Shown: one piece after another, positions 1 through 9,815 of the stretch
Numbering within the stretch: position 1 is the first letter of the stretch
How the letters are laid out: each line of letters begins with the position of its first letter
Assembly: GCA_025455485.1 (NCBI GenBank)
Contig: JALOMJ010000001.1
Location: 44,746 to 108,745, forward strand
Direction of reading: 5' to 3'
DNA from: Bacteroidia bacterium
GTDB taxonomy: Bacteria; Bacteroidota; Bacteroidia; B-17B0; Aurantibacillaceae
Length of the DNA: 64,000 bases
Program-made: the position numbers and the translations under genes
The notes under the pieces: generated by a model
What the model was told of the DNA's origin: nothing
The model's database searches: none
The model's input: the letters and a program-made list of their open reading frames with translations, nothing else

Positions 1-582
1 ACTTACCTTCAAAAATCCCTGGACGTATCCTCATTAAATTTTGGGGATATGATTGACCCTCGCAGAGGGTTTGTTTGGAACACAAGTGAAGCCATACCTC
101 AAAACACAAAGGTGGCAGCCGATTTTTCGGCAGGTATGCTTGGCTACAGTAAAAATTATTTTGTAGGGTTTGCGGCACACCACATCAATCAACCTGACGA
201 GGGTATGCTTGGCACATCACGTTTACCCGTTAAAATTACGGCACATGGTGGAGCCATAATTCCTCTGGAAAAAGGAAATGAAAGTTACCTATCCCCTAAC
301 ATACTTTTTCAGCAACAACAAAATTTTACTCAGTTAAACATCGGCTTATATTATAAAAAAGGCGCCTTTGTGGCCGGTTTATGGTACCGTAACTCTGACG
401 CCGTAATGGCCTTAATTGGTCTACAAACTGACAACTTTAAGTTTGGCTATAGTTACGATGTTACTGTATCTCAGGGATTAGCAGGCAATACTGCGGGATC
501 ACATGAAATTTCTGCTCAAATCCAATTTGAGTGCAAATCCAAGAAAAAGAGGTACAGAACTATTTCATGTCCATCTTTTTAA
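1..582 (+). CDS. PorP/SprF family type IX secretion system membrane protein (5'-truncated by window edge)
   Basis: Frame is open from base 1 (TYLQKSLDVSSLNFGDMIDP...). Motifs HINQP, GLWYR, FGYSYD, GSHEIS and C-terminal CPSF are typical of PorP/SprF barrels. Lies upstream of gldJ. Confidence 0.88.
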   Translation, partial: TYLQKSLDVSSLNFGDMIDPRRGFVWNTSEAIPQNTKVAADFSAGMLGYSKNYFVGFAAHHINQPDEGMLGTSRLPVKITAHGGAIIPLEKGNESYLSPNILFQQQQNFTQLNIGLYYKKGAFVAGLWYRNSDAVMALIGLQTDNFKFGYSYDVTVSQGLAGNTAGSHEISAQIQFECKSKKKRYRTISCPSF

Positions 583-632
583 CTATTTTTGTAACCTTTT
601 ACAATATATACCGTTACAGCCTTAATCATCTC

Positions 633-2309
633 ATGAAAATGAAAATAAAAGCCATAAAAAGCACCAAAACCCTTGCATTTGTACTGGCTGTTGTACTTGT
701 TTCCTGTTCACAGGAAAGATCACCGGTAACTGGTTGGGCCTATAACGACCCATCCAATGGAGGATTTGAAAAACCCCCTTATGAAGAACAGGAAACTGGT
801 CCCGGACTGGTTCTCATTGAAGGCGGAACCTTCACCATGGGTCGTGCTGAACACGATGTGACCTATGAATGGAATAACGTTCCTCGCAGGGTAACCGTAT
901 CGTCCTATTATATTGATGAAACTGAAGTAAGCAATTTCGCTTATCTTGAATATTTATATTGGACTCAAAGGGTGTTTGGACCAACATTTCCTGAAATTTA
1001 CTACAAAGCCTTGCCCGACACCTTGGTTTGGAGAGAAAAACTGGCTTACAACGAGCCATATGTGGAATATTATCTTCGTCACCCGGCCTACCGTGATTAT
1101 CCTGTAGTTGGTGTTAACTGGCTGCAAGCCAATGATTTTTGTGCCTGGCGCACCGACAGGGTAAACGAGTTTATCCTTATCCGTGAAGGTTTGTTAGATC
1201 ACACACCATCACCTACGGATCAAGATTATTTCAGCACAGAGGCCTATTTAGCCGGCAAATGGCAAGGGCAATTAAAAAATAAACTGCCTTCGTTTGATGG
1301 CCAAAACCCAGAACGTGAAGTGAGAATGGAGGATGGTATTTTCCTTCCAAAATACCGCTTACCAACAGAAGCTGAGTGGGAATACGCGGCTTATGGTTTA
1401 ATTGGTAATACCATTGGAGAGCGCATTACCGACCGCAGAATTTATCCATGGAATGGTCACGGTGTTCGTAATTCATCCGATTCTTATTTAGGACAAATCA
1501 ATGCCAACTTCGTAAGGGGTGCCGGTGATTACATGGGTACAGCAGGGTTTTTAAATGATAATGCCGACGTTACAGCGCCCGTTTACAGTTACTGGCCAAA
1601 CGATTATGGTCTTTATAATATGTCAGGCAACGTGTGCGAATGGGTAATGGATGTTTATCGTCCAAACACGGTAACCGATGCCGATGAGTTTCGCCCTTTC
1701 CGTGGTAACGTGTTCACCACACAAGTGCGTGACTCAACAACCTTAGTAGGCGGCTACGGCGGAGAAATTGTTACCAATACAGACGGCCCTATCTGGCAAA
1801 AATTTAAGCACAAGGTAAACGTTCCCGGCACACATGGAACAACTGCAGATGATCCTGTTGAAGTTACTGACAGTGTATTTGCTATCTTATCTTCAGACCC
1901 GCAAGAGAATAATAATGCTACACCTGAAGGTAAATCCGATATCCCAGGCCGAGTGCAATGGAGACAAGTTTCAAGCGCCTTTTCAACAGATAATCTCGAT
2001 GAGCGCAGAAATTATAAAACAGCAGATTACATCAATTACCTTGATGGGGATGTGATGTCAAGTATATATTACGATCAGGGTGAAGCAGCTTATGAAGACA
2101 AATCAGGAAAAATGATGTACGAGTACGCTAAAACCTCTTTAATCAATGATAAATCCAGAGTGTTTAAAGGTGGTAGCTGGAGAGACCGTGCCTACTATCT
2201 TAATCCCGGTGTAAGAAGGTATTTGGACCAAAGACAAAGCAATGCATGGTTAGGCTTCCGATGTGCCATGACCCGCGTGGGCAGTCCTGTTGGGTTGGGA
2301 GGAAGATAA
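633..2309 (+). CDS. gldJ: Gliding motility lipoprotein GldJ (FGE-sulfatase/SUMF1 domain)
   Basis: Lipobox VLVSC; motifs TGWAYND..GGF, IEGGTFTMG, ALPDTLVWR, YLRHPAY, RLPTEAEWEYAA, KGGSWRDRAYY, GFRCAM. Adjacent to murF as in other Bacteroidota. Start moved from 531 to ATG 633 (639 also possible). Confidence 0.88.
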   Translation: MKMKIKAIKSTKTLAFVLAVVLVSCSQERSPVTGWAYNDPSNGGFEKPPYEEQETGPGLVLIEGGTFTMGRAEHDVTYEWNNVPRRVTVSSYYIDETEVSNFAYLEYLYWTQRVFGPTFPEIYYKALPDTLVWREKLAYNEPYVEYYLRHPAYRDYPVVGVNWLQANDFCAWRTDRVNEFILIREGLLDHTPSPTDQDYFSTEAYLAGKWQGQLKNKLPSFDGQNPEREVRMEDGIFLPKYRLPTEAEWEYAAYGLIGNTIGERITDRRIYPWNGHGVRNSSDSYLGQINANFVRGAGDYMGTAGFLNDNADVTAPVYSYWPNDYGLYNMSGNVCEWVMDVYRPNTVTDADEFRPFRGNVFTTQVRDSTTLVGGYGGEIVTNTDGPIWQKFKHKVNVPGTHGTTADDPVEVTDSVFAILSSDPQENNNATPEGKSDIPGRVQWRQVSSAFSTDNLDERRNYKTADYINYLDGDVMSSIYYDQGEAAYEDKSGKMMYEYAKTSLINDKSRVFKGGSWRDRAYYLNPGVRRYLDQRQSNAWLGFRCAMTRVGSPVGLGGR

Positions 2310-2329
2310 TATTCTGTTAATAACTTCAG

Positions 2330-2368
2330 AAGAGCCCCGATGATAATACACCGGGGCTCTTTTATTTT
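2330..2368 (+). terminator. Intrinsic terminator after gldJ
   Basis: AAGAGCCCCG ... CGGGGCTCTT stem followed by TTATTTT. Confidence 0.75.
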
Positions 2369-2373
2369 GCGGT

Positions 2374-3684
2374 ATGCCACAATACACAAGTATTCAAAAA
2401 TTGTATGATTATTTCCAGGAGTCAGATTTTAAAATCTGCACCGATACACGGAAGTTAGAGCCCGGAGCGTTATTTGTTTGTTTAAAAGGAGAGAATTTTA
2501 ACGCGAATCAGTTTGCAGCCACAGCAATTGAATCAGGATGCCGTTATGCCATAGTGGATGAAGAGCAATACATCAGCCACCCTAACATTAAATTCGTTGA
2601 CAATACCCTTTCAGCCCTGCAAAATCTAGCCAATTACCACCGCAATCAATTTAAATTACCTGTATTAGCCATTACTGGAAGTAATGGTAAAACCACTAAT
2701 AAAGAGTTGATTCATGCCGTGCTTGAAAAAAAATACAAAACGCTTGCAACAATTGGCAATCTGAACAATCACATTGGCGTTCCACTCACCCTTTTACGAT
2801 TAAGAAAGGAACATGAGTTTTTAATTGTTGAAATGGGCGCCAATCACCAGGGAGAAATTGCCGCATTGTGCAGTATAGCTGAACCTGATTACGGATTGAT
2901 TACCAACATTGGTAAGGCCCATCTGGAAGGTTTTGGTGGCTTAGAAGGGGTAATTAAAGGTAAAAGCGAAATGTACCATTACATTCGCAAAAAAAAAGGC
3001 AAAGTGTTTGTGAATGGAGATGATACCTTGTTACTTAGCCTCACCCATGACCTGGAACGCATTACCTATGGAACTGAGCCGCACAATACCCTTGTTGGCA
3101 GAGAAATTCAAAATTCAGAAACTCTTGCTTTTGCCTATAAAATTGGTCAAGAAGGGAAAGAAACCAAAAACCTGCATACGCATTTGATTGGCAGTTATAA
3201 CCTCCCCAATTTTTTAGCAGCTGCTTGCATCGGGCATTATTTTTCCGTGAAGGAAAAAGACATTTGTGAGGCCTTGAAAAACTACACTCCAAACATGAAC
3301 CGCTCTCAATTGGTGCAAACCAAAAAAAATAAAATTGTTTTAGATGCATATAATGCCAACCCAAACAGTATGCAGTTGGCCATAGAAAATTTCGCTAAAT
3401 TGCCGGCAGAACGTAAACTTGTGTTATTGGGAGATATGTTTGAACTTGGCGCTCAGAGCAGGGAAGAGCATCTTAAGCTAATTGAATTGTTGCAAAAAAA
3501 TAAGATAGAAAATGCTGTACTGGTTGGTGCGTCTTTTTTTGCCCTTGAAACTAAACCCTATCTGAAATTTCAAACCACCAGTGAATGCAAAACCTATTTG
3601 CAAAAGGCCAGTATAGAAAATTATACTATCCTCATTAAAGGATCAAGAGGAATGAAAATGGAAGTACTACTAGAGGTGTTGTAA
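2374..3684 (+). CDS. murF: UDP-N-acetylmuramoyl-tripeptide--D-alanyl-D-alanine ligase
   Basis: Motifs DTRK, ITGSNGKTTNKE, GNLNNHIGVPLT, EMGANH, DAYNANPNSM, LGDMFELG, KGSRGM. Confidence 0.96.
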   Translation: MPQYTSIQKLYDYFQESDFKICTDTRKLEPGALFVCLKGENFNANQFAATAIESGCRYAIVDEEQYISHPNIKFVDNTLSALQNLANYHRNQFKLPVLAITGSNGKTTNKELIHAVLEKKYKTLATIGNLNNHIGVPLTLLRLRKEHEFLIVEMGANHQGEIAALCSIAEPDYGLITNIGKAHLEGFGGLEGVIKGKSEMYHYIRKKKGKVFVNGDDTLLLSLTHDLERITYGTEPHNTLVGREIQNSETLAFAYKIGQEGKETKNLHTHLIGSYNLPNFLAAACIGHYFSVKEKDICEALKNYTPNMNRSQLVQTKKNKIVLDAYNANPNSMQLAIENFAKLPAERKLVLLGDMFELGAQSREEHLKLIELLQKNKIENAVLVGASFFALETKPYLKFQTTSECKTYLQKASIENYTILIKGSRGMKMEVLLEVL

Positions 3685-3686
3685 AG

Positions 3687-5024
3687 ATGAAGCCAAAGAA
3701 AAAAAACAGACTGATCACTTTCATTCTTCTTTCCATGATGCTGGGCATTCTGGTTGGATTTTTTGTCAACCTTTCCATCACTAACAACAGTTTTAAGTTG
3801 GCTCCCACCCAGCTTGATGGCATTACCAACCCTATAGTAAAAAAAGCGGTCACTGAGCAATTGCAGGCCTATGAAGCAGCTTGTTTTAAACAAGCCAAAA
3901 AAGAGGTGGCCTCTGATTTTTCAATCCTGAGCGATATCTTTCTTCACCTTATTAAAATGATTATTGCCCCCTTGGTGTTGGCGGTATTGGTGCTTGGCGT
4001 AGCAAAAGTGGGCGATATTAAAAGTGTGGGCAGGATAGGTTTAAAAACTCTCCTCTACTTTACCATGGCCACACTTATAGCGCTTGCCATTGGTCTTGCT
4101 TTGGTGAACCTGTTTGAACCGGGCAAGGTGATGCACCTTGAACCACCTGATGCAGGTATCAATACGGGAATACAAACAACAAAACAAACCTCTCAAAATT
4201 TTATTGACCATGTAATTCCTGAAAGTTTATTCCGATCTATGGCAGCAAACGACATTCTGCCAATTGTTGTATTCGCCATCTTTTTTGGCCTGGCAGCTGC
4301 CAGTATCGGCAATAGCGGCAAACCCATTATCGCCGCATTCGACAGTTTAAGTCAAGTGATGTTTAAGGTAACGCATTATGTGATGAACTTTGCACCCCTA
4401 GGGGTATTTGGAGCCCTTGCTTCAGTAATTATTCAGCAAGGACTAGATGTATTGAGCGGTTACCTCTATTTGATTTTTTGCTTTTTTCTGGGTTTGGTAT
4501 TTTTTATCAGCGTGGTTTTGGGTTTAATTTGTTTTTTATCCGGCATACATTTTATTCGTTTGTTAAAAGACATCCGCGAACCTATTCTTCTGGCCTTCAG
4601 TACCTCCAGCAGTGAAAGCGCCATGCCAAAAACCATTGAAGCACTTGAGCAGCATGGTATAAGCAACCGTATTGTAAGTTTTGTTTTGCCAATGGGATAC
4701 TCGTTTAATCTCGATGGAAGCATCATGTACATGACCTTTGCAACCTTATTTATCGCCCAATGTTATGGTATTGAGATTGGGCCTGGCGACCAGATTAAAA
4801 TGATGTTGGTTTTGCTCATTACCAGTAAAGGCATGGCCGGAGTACCAAGAGCATCGCTTGTGGTTATAGCCGGCATGTTAAGTATGTTTAAAATACCCGG
4901 AGAAGGTCTGTTGTTGTTGCTTGCAGTAGACCAGATTTTAGATATGGGTCGGAGCGCTACCAACGTTATTGGCAACGCTGTAGCCAGCGCCGTTGTTGCC
5001 CGTTGGGAGGGAGAAAAGTTCTGA
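3687..5024 (+). CDS. Dicarboxylate/amino acid:cation symporter (DAACS, GltP/DctA-like)
   Basis: Motifs FLHLIKMIIAPLV, AFSTSSSESAMP, GYSFNLDGS, SKGMAGVPRASLVV, DMGRSATNVIGN. Confidence 0.93.
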   Translation: MKPKKKNRLITFILLSMMLGILVGFFVNLSITNNSFKLAPTQLDGITNPIVKKAVTEQLQAYEAACFKQAKKEVASDFSILSDIFLHLIKMIIAPLVLAVLVLGVAKVGDIKSVGRIGLKTLLYFTMATLIALAIGLALVNLFEPGKVMHLEPPDAGINTGIQTTKQTSQNFIDHVIPESLFRSMAANDILPIVVFAIFFGLAAASIGNSGKPIIAAFDSLSQVMFKVTHYVMNFAPLGVFGALASVIIQQGLDVLSGYLYLIFCFFLGLVFFISVVLGLICFLSGIHFIRLLKDIREPILLAFSTSSSESAMPKTIEALEQHGISNRIVSFVLPMGYSFNLDGSIMYMTFATLFIAQCYGIEIGPGDQIKMMLVLLITSKGMAGVPRASLVVIAGMLSMFKIPGEGLLLLLAVDQILDMGRSATNVIGNAVASAVVARWEGEKF

Positions 5025-5076
5025 AAACAGATTGTGTAAATTCTTCTGACAAGAGCAATATCCCCCAAATAAATAC

Positions 5077-5084
5077 TAAATTTG
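5077..5084 (+). promoter_or_regulatory. Bacteroidota sigma-A -7 element for yidC
   Basis: TAAATTTG matches TAnnTTTG, 19 nt before the GTG start. Confidence 0.65.
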
Positions 5085-5103
5085 CGGCTCAAATTTTTAT
5101 ACC

Positions 5104-6993
5104 GTGGATAAAAAATCATTGATTGGTTTGGGACTTATTGCTGCTATACTTGGCATCTGGTTATACGCCAGCGGACCCACCCCTGAGCAAATAGCAAGAA
5201 ACAAACAAATCAGAGACTCCGTTCTGCTCGTTCAAAAAAAAGCGCAATTAGACGAAGCTGCCAAAATTGCTCTTGAACAACCCAAAGCCGATACCCTGCG
5301 TGCGGCGATTGTTCCATCCGATTCGCTTTTACAAGTTGAACTTAATAACCAATACAAAGACTTTGCACCGGCCTTAAAAGGAAAAAAAGAATACTATACC
5401 CTTGAAAACAGGCAAATAAAAGCTACCGTTTCCAATAAAGGCGGTCAAATTATCAAAGTAGAGCTCAAGGATTACAAGCGTTACGGCGGCACCCAACCTT
5501 TGGTTTTATTTGAAGAAGACTCAACACGTTTTGCCTTAAGTTTAAATGCCTACGATCGCTCAAGAATTTTCCATACCGATAGTTTTTATTTCACACCCGT
5601 TAAACAAAATGACAAGGAATTGGTGATGAGGCTTCAAACGTCAAAACCCGGTGCTCACATCGATTTTGTTTATCAATTGAAAGAAGATGGTTATATGCTT
5701 GAATCGGAAATTCGTTTCAGTGGCATGCAAAATATTATTTCTCAAACAGAGGATCAATTGCAATTAACCTGGAGCATGGTATTTCCCGGTCAGGAAAAAC
5801 ACATTGAAAAAGAAAAAGCAGCAGCTACCATCTATTTTAAGCAAGAAATCAATAGTCCTGATTACCTAAATCCCCGCAATGAAGAAGCTGAAGAAAAAGA
5901 ACTCAATGAAGCCGACATCAAATGGGTAGCATTTAAACAACAATTTTTTAACTCAAGCATCATTGCTAAGCAAGTGTTTGCTAAAGCAGGGAGTTTGGTG
6001 AAACTATCACCGCGGGCCGAATCCGGTGAACATGTAAAAGCGGTTAAGGCCGAACTGGGTGTTCCTTTCCTGCACCAGCCCAACGAAACATTTGCCATGC
6101 AATTTTATTTTGGACCAAATCACTACCCTACCCTCAAAAACTATGGTTTAGAGCTTGAAAACATAATCCCAACGGGTTGGAGCGTGTTCAGCTACATCAA
6201 TAAATGGCTGGTGATTCCTTTGTTTAATGCCAATATCCTTAACCCACTGGGCATGGGCATCATCATCCTTATTCTTACCTTAATCGTAAAGGTTATTTTA
6301 TTGCCAATTGCTTATAAAACCTACATGAGCGGGGCAAAAATGCGGGTTTTAAAGCCGGAAACTGACGCATTGAATGAGAAGTTTGGTAAAAATGCCGACC
6401 CAATGAAAAAACAGCAGGAAACCATGGCGCTTTACCGTAAAGCCGGAGTAAATCCGCTGTCTGGTTGTATACCGCTATTGTTGCAATTCCCCATACTCAT
6501 AGCCTTGTTTGCCTTTATTCCGGATTCCTTTGAATTACGTCAACAGGCATTTCTTTGGGCCGATGACTTAAGTACTTACGACAGCGTTTGGACCTTTGGC
6601 CAAATTCCTTTCATCAGCTGGGCCTATGGTGATCACGTAAGTTTGTTTGCCGGACTTATGTTTGTTAGTACCATTGTTTATACCTACATGAATAGCAGTT
6701 TAATGCCACAGCAAGGCAGTGCACAAATGCCCGGCATGAAATTTATGATGTATTTTATGCCGGTTATCTTTTTGGCCGTGATGAACAGTTATGCTGCCGG
6801 ATTAAGCTGGTACTATTTCCTGGCCAACATGTTCACTTTCTTGCAAAATTTTATCATCAAAAAGATTGTAAGTGATGATAAAATCAGAGCACAACTGGTT
6901 GCCAACATGAAAAAACCAATTAAAGTGTCAGGCTTTCAGAAACGCCTGGCCGAAATGGCCAAACAACGGGAACAAAGTCTGAAAAAGCGCTAA
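5104..6993 (+). CDS. yidC: Membrane protein insertase YidC
   Basis: N-terminus MDKKSLIGLGLI; motifs WVAFKQQFF, YFGPN, GVNPLSGCIP, LWADDLSTYD, YAAGLSWYY. GTG start. Confidence 0.95.
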   Translation: MDKKSLIGLGLIAAILGIWLYASGPTPEQIARNKQIRDSVLLVQKKAQLDEAAKIALEQPKADTLRAAIVPSDSLLQVELNNQYKDFAPALKGKKEYYTLENRQIKATVSNKGGQIIKVELKDYKRYGGTQPLVLFEEDSTRFALSLNAYDRSRIFHTDSFYFTPVKQNDKELVMRLQTSKPGAHIDFVYQLKEDGYMLESEIRFSGMQNIISQTEDQLQLTWSMVFPGQEKHIEKEKAAATIYFKQEINSPDYLNPRNEEAEEKELNEADIKWVAFKQQFFNSSIIAKQVFAKAGSLVKLSPRAESGEHVKAVKAELGVPFLHQPNETFAMQFYFGPNHYPTLKNYGLELENIIPTGWSVFSYINKWLVIPLFNANILNPLGMGIIILILTLIVKVILLPIAYKTYMSGAKMRVLKPETDALNEKFGKNADPMKKQQETMALYRKAGVNPLSGCIPLLLQFPILIALFAFIPDSFELRQQAFLWADDLSTYDSVWTFGQIPFISWAYGDHVSLFAGLMFVSTIVYTYMNSSLMPQQGSAQMPGMKFMMYFMPVIFLAVMNSYAAGLSWYYFLANMFTFLQNFIIKKIVSDDKIRAQLVANMKKPIKVSGFQKRLAEMAKQREQSLKKR

Positions 6994-7077
6994 AAAGCAA
7001 TTTTTAGTATTTTTTCACAAGCATTGAAATGTTAAATTCTTTGGGTTCTGTTGTGTTTGAATTACCTTAGTGGCGTT

Positions 7078-7416
7078 TTGAGGAAAAACAAATCCATAAA
7101 ATTACTGAGCAGTACGCTCCTTATTCTGCTTACGGCATGGATTGCATTACCTAAAGTGTATGTGCATGAGTTGTTTCATCACAACCATGAATTGGTAAAA
7201 AGTACCGATAAGACCAGCATTCAATCGGAACAATCAACCGAAGATTGTGAATTTGAAAAGTACAACAAGCCGGTTTATTTCCATATTTTTACCTTTATCA
7301 GCAAACTGGTTCCCGTTAAACCCGTTAATTCTCTCGAAATTTCCGAAAAAAATCTACGCCTGCCCGGCGTTTCCTTGCTCATCTCCCTTCTACGGGCACC
7401 TCCTGTAACTGAGTAA
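7078..7416 (+). CDS. Small membrane-anchored His-rich leader protein ending in RAPP (DUF2946/CruR-like putative arrest peptide)
   Basis: Basic N-terminus, hydrophobic segment, HELFHHNH, DCEF and C-terminal LLRAPPVTE. Ends 53 nt upstream of a TonB-dependent receptor. Start uncertain (TTG 7051 or TTG 7078). Confidence 0.7.
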   Translation: MRKNKSIKLLSSTLLILLTAWIALPKVYVHELFHHNHELVKSTDKTSIQSEQSTEDCEFEKYNKPVYFHIFTFISKLVPVKPVNSLEISEKNLRLPGVSLLISLLRAPPVTE

Positions 7417-7427
7417 ACACTCGGTTA
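7406..7427 (+). promoter_or_regulatory. Hairpin overlapping the leader-ORF stop codon (putative attenuator element)
   Basis: TAACTGAGT-AAAC-ACTCGGTTA forms a 9-bp stem with one G-U pair, just 3' of the RAPP codons (7393-7404). Confidence 0.45.
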
Positions 7428-7469
7428 GTCAATTTAATTCCCTTCATTTTATCTCATTGAACATTTGCC

Positions 7470-9797
7470 ATGTTTAAAAAACTAGCACTTGTATATATTC
7501 TAATTCATGCGTTTTATCTTTTCAACGCACAGAATTGTAATCTCCGCTTAGAGGGGATTGTTCGTGATGAAGATAATTCAGAAAGTTTGGCGTTTTCAAT
7601 CGTTAAACTGCTTTCGCCCGAGAAAATTCTTCAATGCAACCAGCACGGTCACTTTACAATAGAAAATTTATGTGCGGGTAATTACAAATTGCTTGTTCAA
7701 CACCTTGGCTGCAGAGATACGGTGTTTGAATTTGTCCTAAAAAAATCTCGACAAATGGTATTTAAACTTCCCCACAGTCAAAATGAACTTCAATCTATTG
7801 ACATCATCACCAAACACGAGGAACTGAAGTTCACGCAAAGCGCACAAGAACTTGATACCAAAATGATGGATAAAAGCAGGGGTTTAAGTTTGGGCGATCA
7901 GCTAAAACAGCTCAATGGCGTTAGTACTTTTAACACAGGACCTTCTATTTCAAAGCCAATGATTAATGGTATGCAAGGCTACCGCATCCTCATTCTGAAT
8001 AATGGCATTCGTCTTGAAGGGCAGCAATGGGGAAGCGACCATGCCCCGGAAATCGACCCCTTTATCGCAAACAAAATCAGTCTCATCAGAGGCGCTTCCT
8101 CTGTGCGTTATGGCAGTGATGCCATTGGTGGCATTGTTTTAATAGATTCCGGGGAATTGCCGGATACCGCCTCTGTTACAGGAGAATTTAATTTAAGCGG
8201 ATTCAGCAATGGAAAAGGCGGAGCGGGTTCCCTGCAATTACAAGGCTACTTTGACAACGTAAAAAACCTGAGCTGGAGAGTTCAGGGCAGCATGAAAAAA
8301 ACGGGTAATTTAAAAACACCCGAGTATTATTTAAAAAATACCGGCCTTGAGGAATTTAATTTTTCTTACGCCCTCGAATACCATATCCGACAAGTGGGGT
8401 TTAAAGTGTTTTACTCTCAGTTCAACTCTCGTATTGGTATTTTCAGCAATGCACACGTTGGTAATCTTACCGATTTGCAAGCTGCATTTAACCGAAACAA
8501 ACCATTGGACAGCCTTGCCGGATTTTCTTATTCCATCGACAGGCCTTATCAGAATATAGAGCACGAAATGTTGAAGATAAGCAGCGACATTCATACCGGG
8601 CAGCGTTCAAGGGTATTTCTGAATTATGCCTTGCAATACAACATTCGTGAAGAATATGATAAACATCGTCCTAAAAACGACTCCATTGCTGCCCTTAATT
8701 TACCTGAGGCAGAATACAGGTTAAACACCAATGCAGCAGAGTTAATTTGGGAACACGATTACATCAGAGGACTTAGAGGAAAATTTGGCGTTCAGGCGCA
8801 GGTTCAGGAAAATCGGTATTTTCAACGCTTTTTTATTCCCAATTATAACGCATACACCTGGGGCATTTTTGGTATTGAACGCTGGATGTTATCTCATTTC
8901 GAATTTGAAGCCGGGGCCCGTTACGATTATAAACACCTGCAATCCTTTTTTTACGAAGGCAATCAACTCCTTGAACCCATCCGCACTTTTGATTATGGCA
9001 GTTTTAACTTAGGCGGTATTTACAAACCTCATTCCGGCATACGTATCAATCTGAACATTTCAAGCGGATGGAGGGCTCCTTCTGTAAATGAATTATACAG
9101 CAATGGCTTGCACCACGGTGTTGGGGCCATTGAACGTGGTAATAAAAATCTACTCACCGAAAAAAGTCTCAGCGCCATCAGCACAATTCAATATTCACGC
9201 AAAAAAATTGATGTGGAACTGAGTGCCTACACCTACACCTTTAAAAACTTCATATACTATCAACCAACAGGAAAGCCGGAACTCACCATTCGTGGTGCAT
9301 TTCCGGTTTTTAATTATTTACAAAACAACGCCAACATTAGTGGAGGGGACGCCACCATGCTCTATAACGTAACCCATTGGCTTCAATTAAAGTTAACGGG
9401 CATGGTGGTTCGCGGCAGAAATACTGATTTGAAACAAGACCTGCTTTATATGCCTGCCGACCGATTACAGTTTTTTGTTCAATTCAAACCAAAGGACAGA
9501 AAAACGGTGAAAGACATTTATCTGGAGCCCAATCTGCTTTATGTGGCGAAACAAACCAGGGTGCAACCAAACGTAGATTATGCCGAGCCACCTGAAGCCT
9601 ACTTACTTTTCGGATTAAATGCTGGAAGCACCTTTGTTTGGCACAAACAGGTTTTGATTGTGAATTTTGCTATTGTTAATGCCGCCAACACCATTTACAG
9701 AGATTACCTCGACCGTTTCAGGTATTACAACGATGCTCTTGGGGTGAATTACACGCTTCGCATACGAATACCATTCACACTATATGATAAAAAATAA
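7470..9797 (+). CDS. TonB-dependent receptor, probably for metal uptake (ZnuD-like), with N-terminal carboxypeptidase-regulatory-like domain
   Basis: Plug motifs SKPMING..GYRILILNNG, QQWGSDHAPEIDP and RGASSVRYGSDAIGG; RAPSVNELYSNGLHHG; YRDYLDRFRY near the C-terminus. Confidence 0.88.
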   Translation: MFKKLALVYILIHAFYLFNAQNCNLRLEGIVRDEDNSESLAFSIVKLLSPEKILQCNQHGHFTIENLCAGNYKLLVQHLGCRDTVFEFVLKKSRQMVFKLPHSQNELQSIDIITKHEELKFTQSAQELDTKMMDKSRGLSLGDQLKQLNGVSTFNTGPSISKPMINGMQGYRILILNNGIRLEGQQWGSDHAPEIDPFIANKISLIRGASSVRYGSDAIGGIVLIDSGELPDTASVTGEFNLSGFSNGKGGAGSLQLQGYFDNVKNLSWRVQGSMKKTGNLKTPEYYLKNTGLEEFNFSYALEYHIRQVGFKVFYSQFNSRIGIFSNAHVGNLTDLQAAFNRNKPLDSLAGFSYSIDRPYQNIEHEMLKISSDIHTGQRSRVFLNYALQYNIREEYDKHRPKNDSIAALNLPEAEYRLNTNAAELIWEHDYIRGLRGKFGVQAQVQENRYFQRFFIPNYNAYTWGIFGIERWMLSHFEFEAGARYDYKHLQSFFYEGNQLLEPIRTFDYGSFNLGGIYKPHSGIRINLNISSGWRAPSVNELYSNGLHHGVGAIERGNKNLLTEKSLSAISTIQYSRKKIDVELSAYTYTFKNFIYYQPTGKPELTIRGAFPVFNYLQNNANISGGDATMLYNVTHWLQLKLTGMVVRGRNTDLKQDLLYMPADRLQFFVQFKPKDRKTVKDIYLEPNLLYVAKQTRVQPNVDYAEPPEAYLLFGLNAGSTFVWHKQVLIVNFAIVNAANTIYRDYLDRFRYYNDALGVNYTLRIRIPFTLYDKK

Positions 9798-9815
9798 ACC
9801 TAAAAACAAAAAACC

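Noticed and set aside
531-2309. Calling the gene gldK because it follows porP
   Set aside because: The motifs (TGWxYND, YLRHPAY, RDRAYY) and the murF linkage fit GldJ, and no gldLMN follow.
5104-7416. RAPP ORF as a MifM-like monitor of YidC
   Set aside because: It lies downstream of yidC. Arrest peptides act in cis on the gene that follows, which here is the TBDR.
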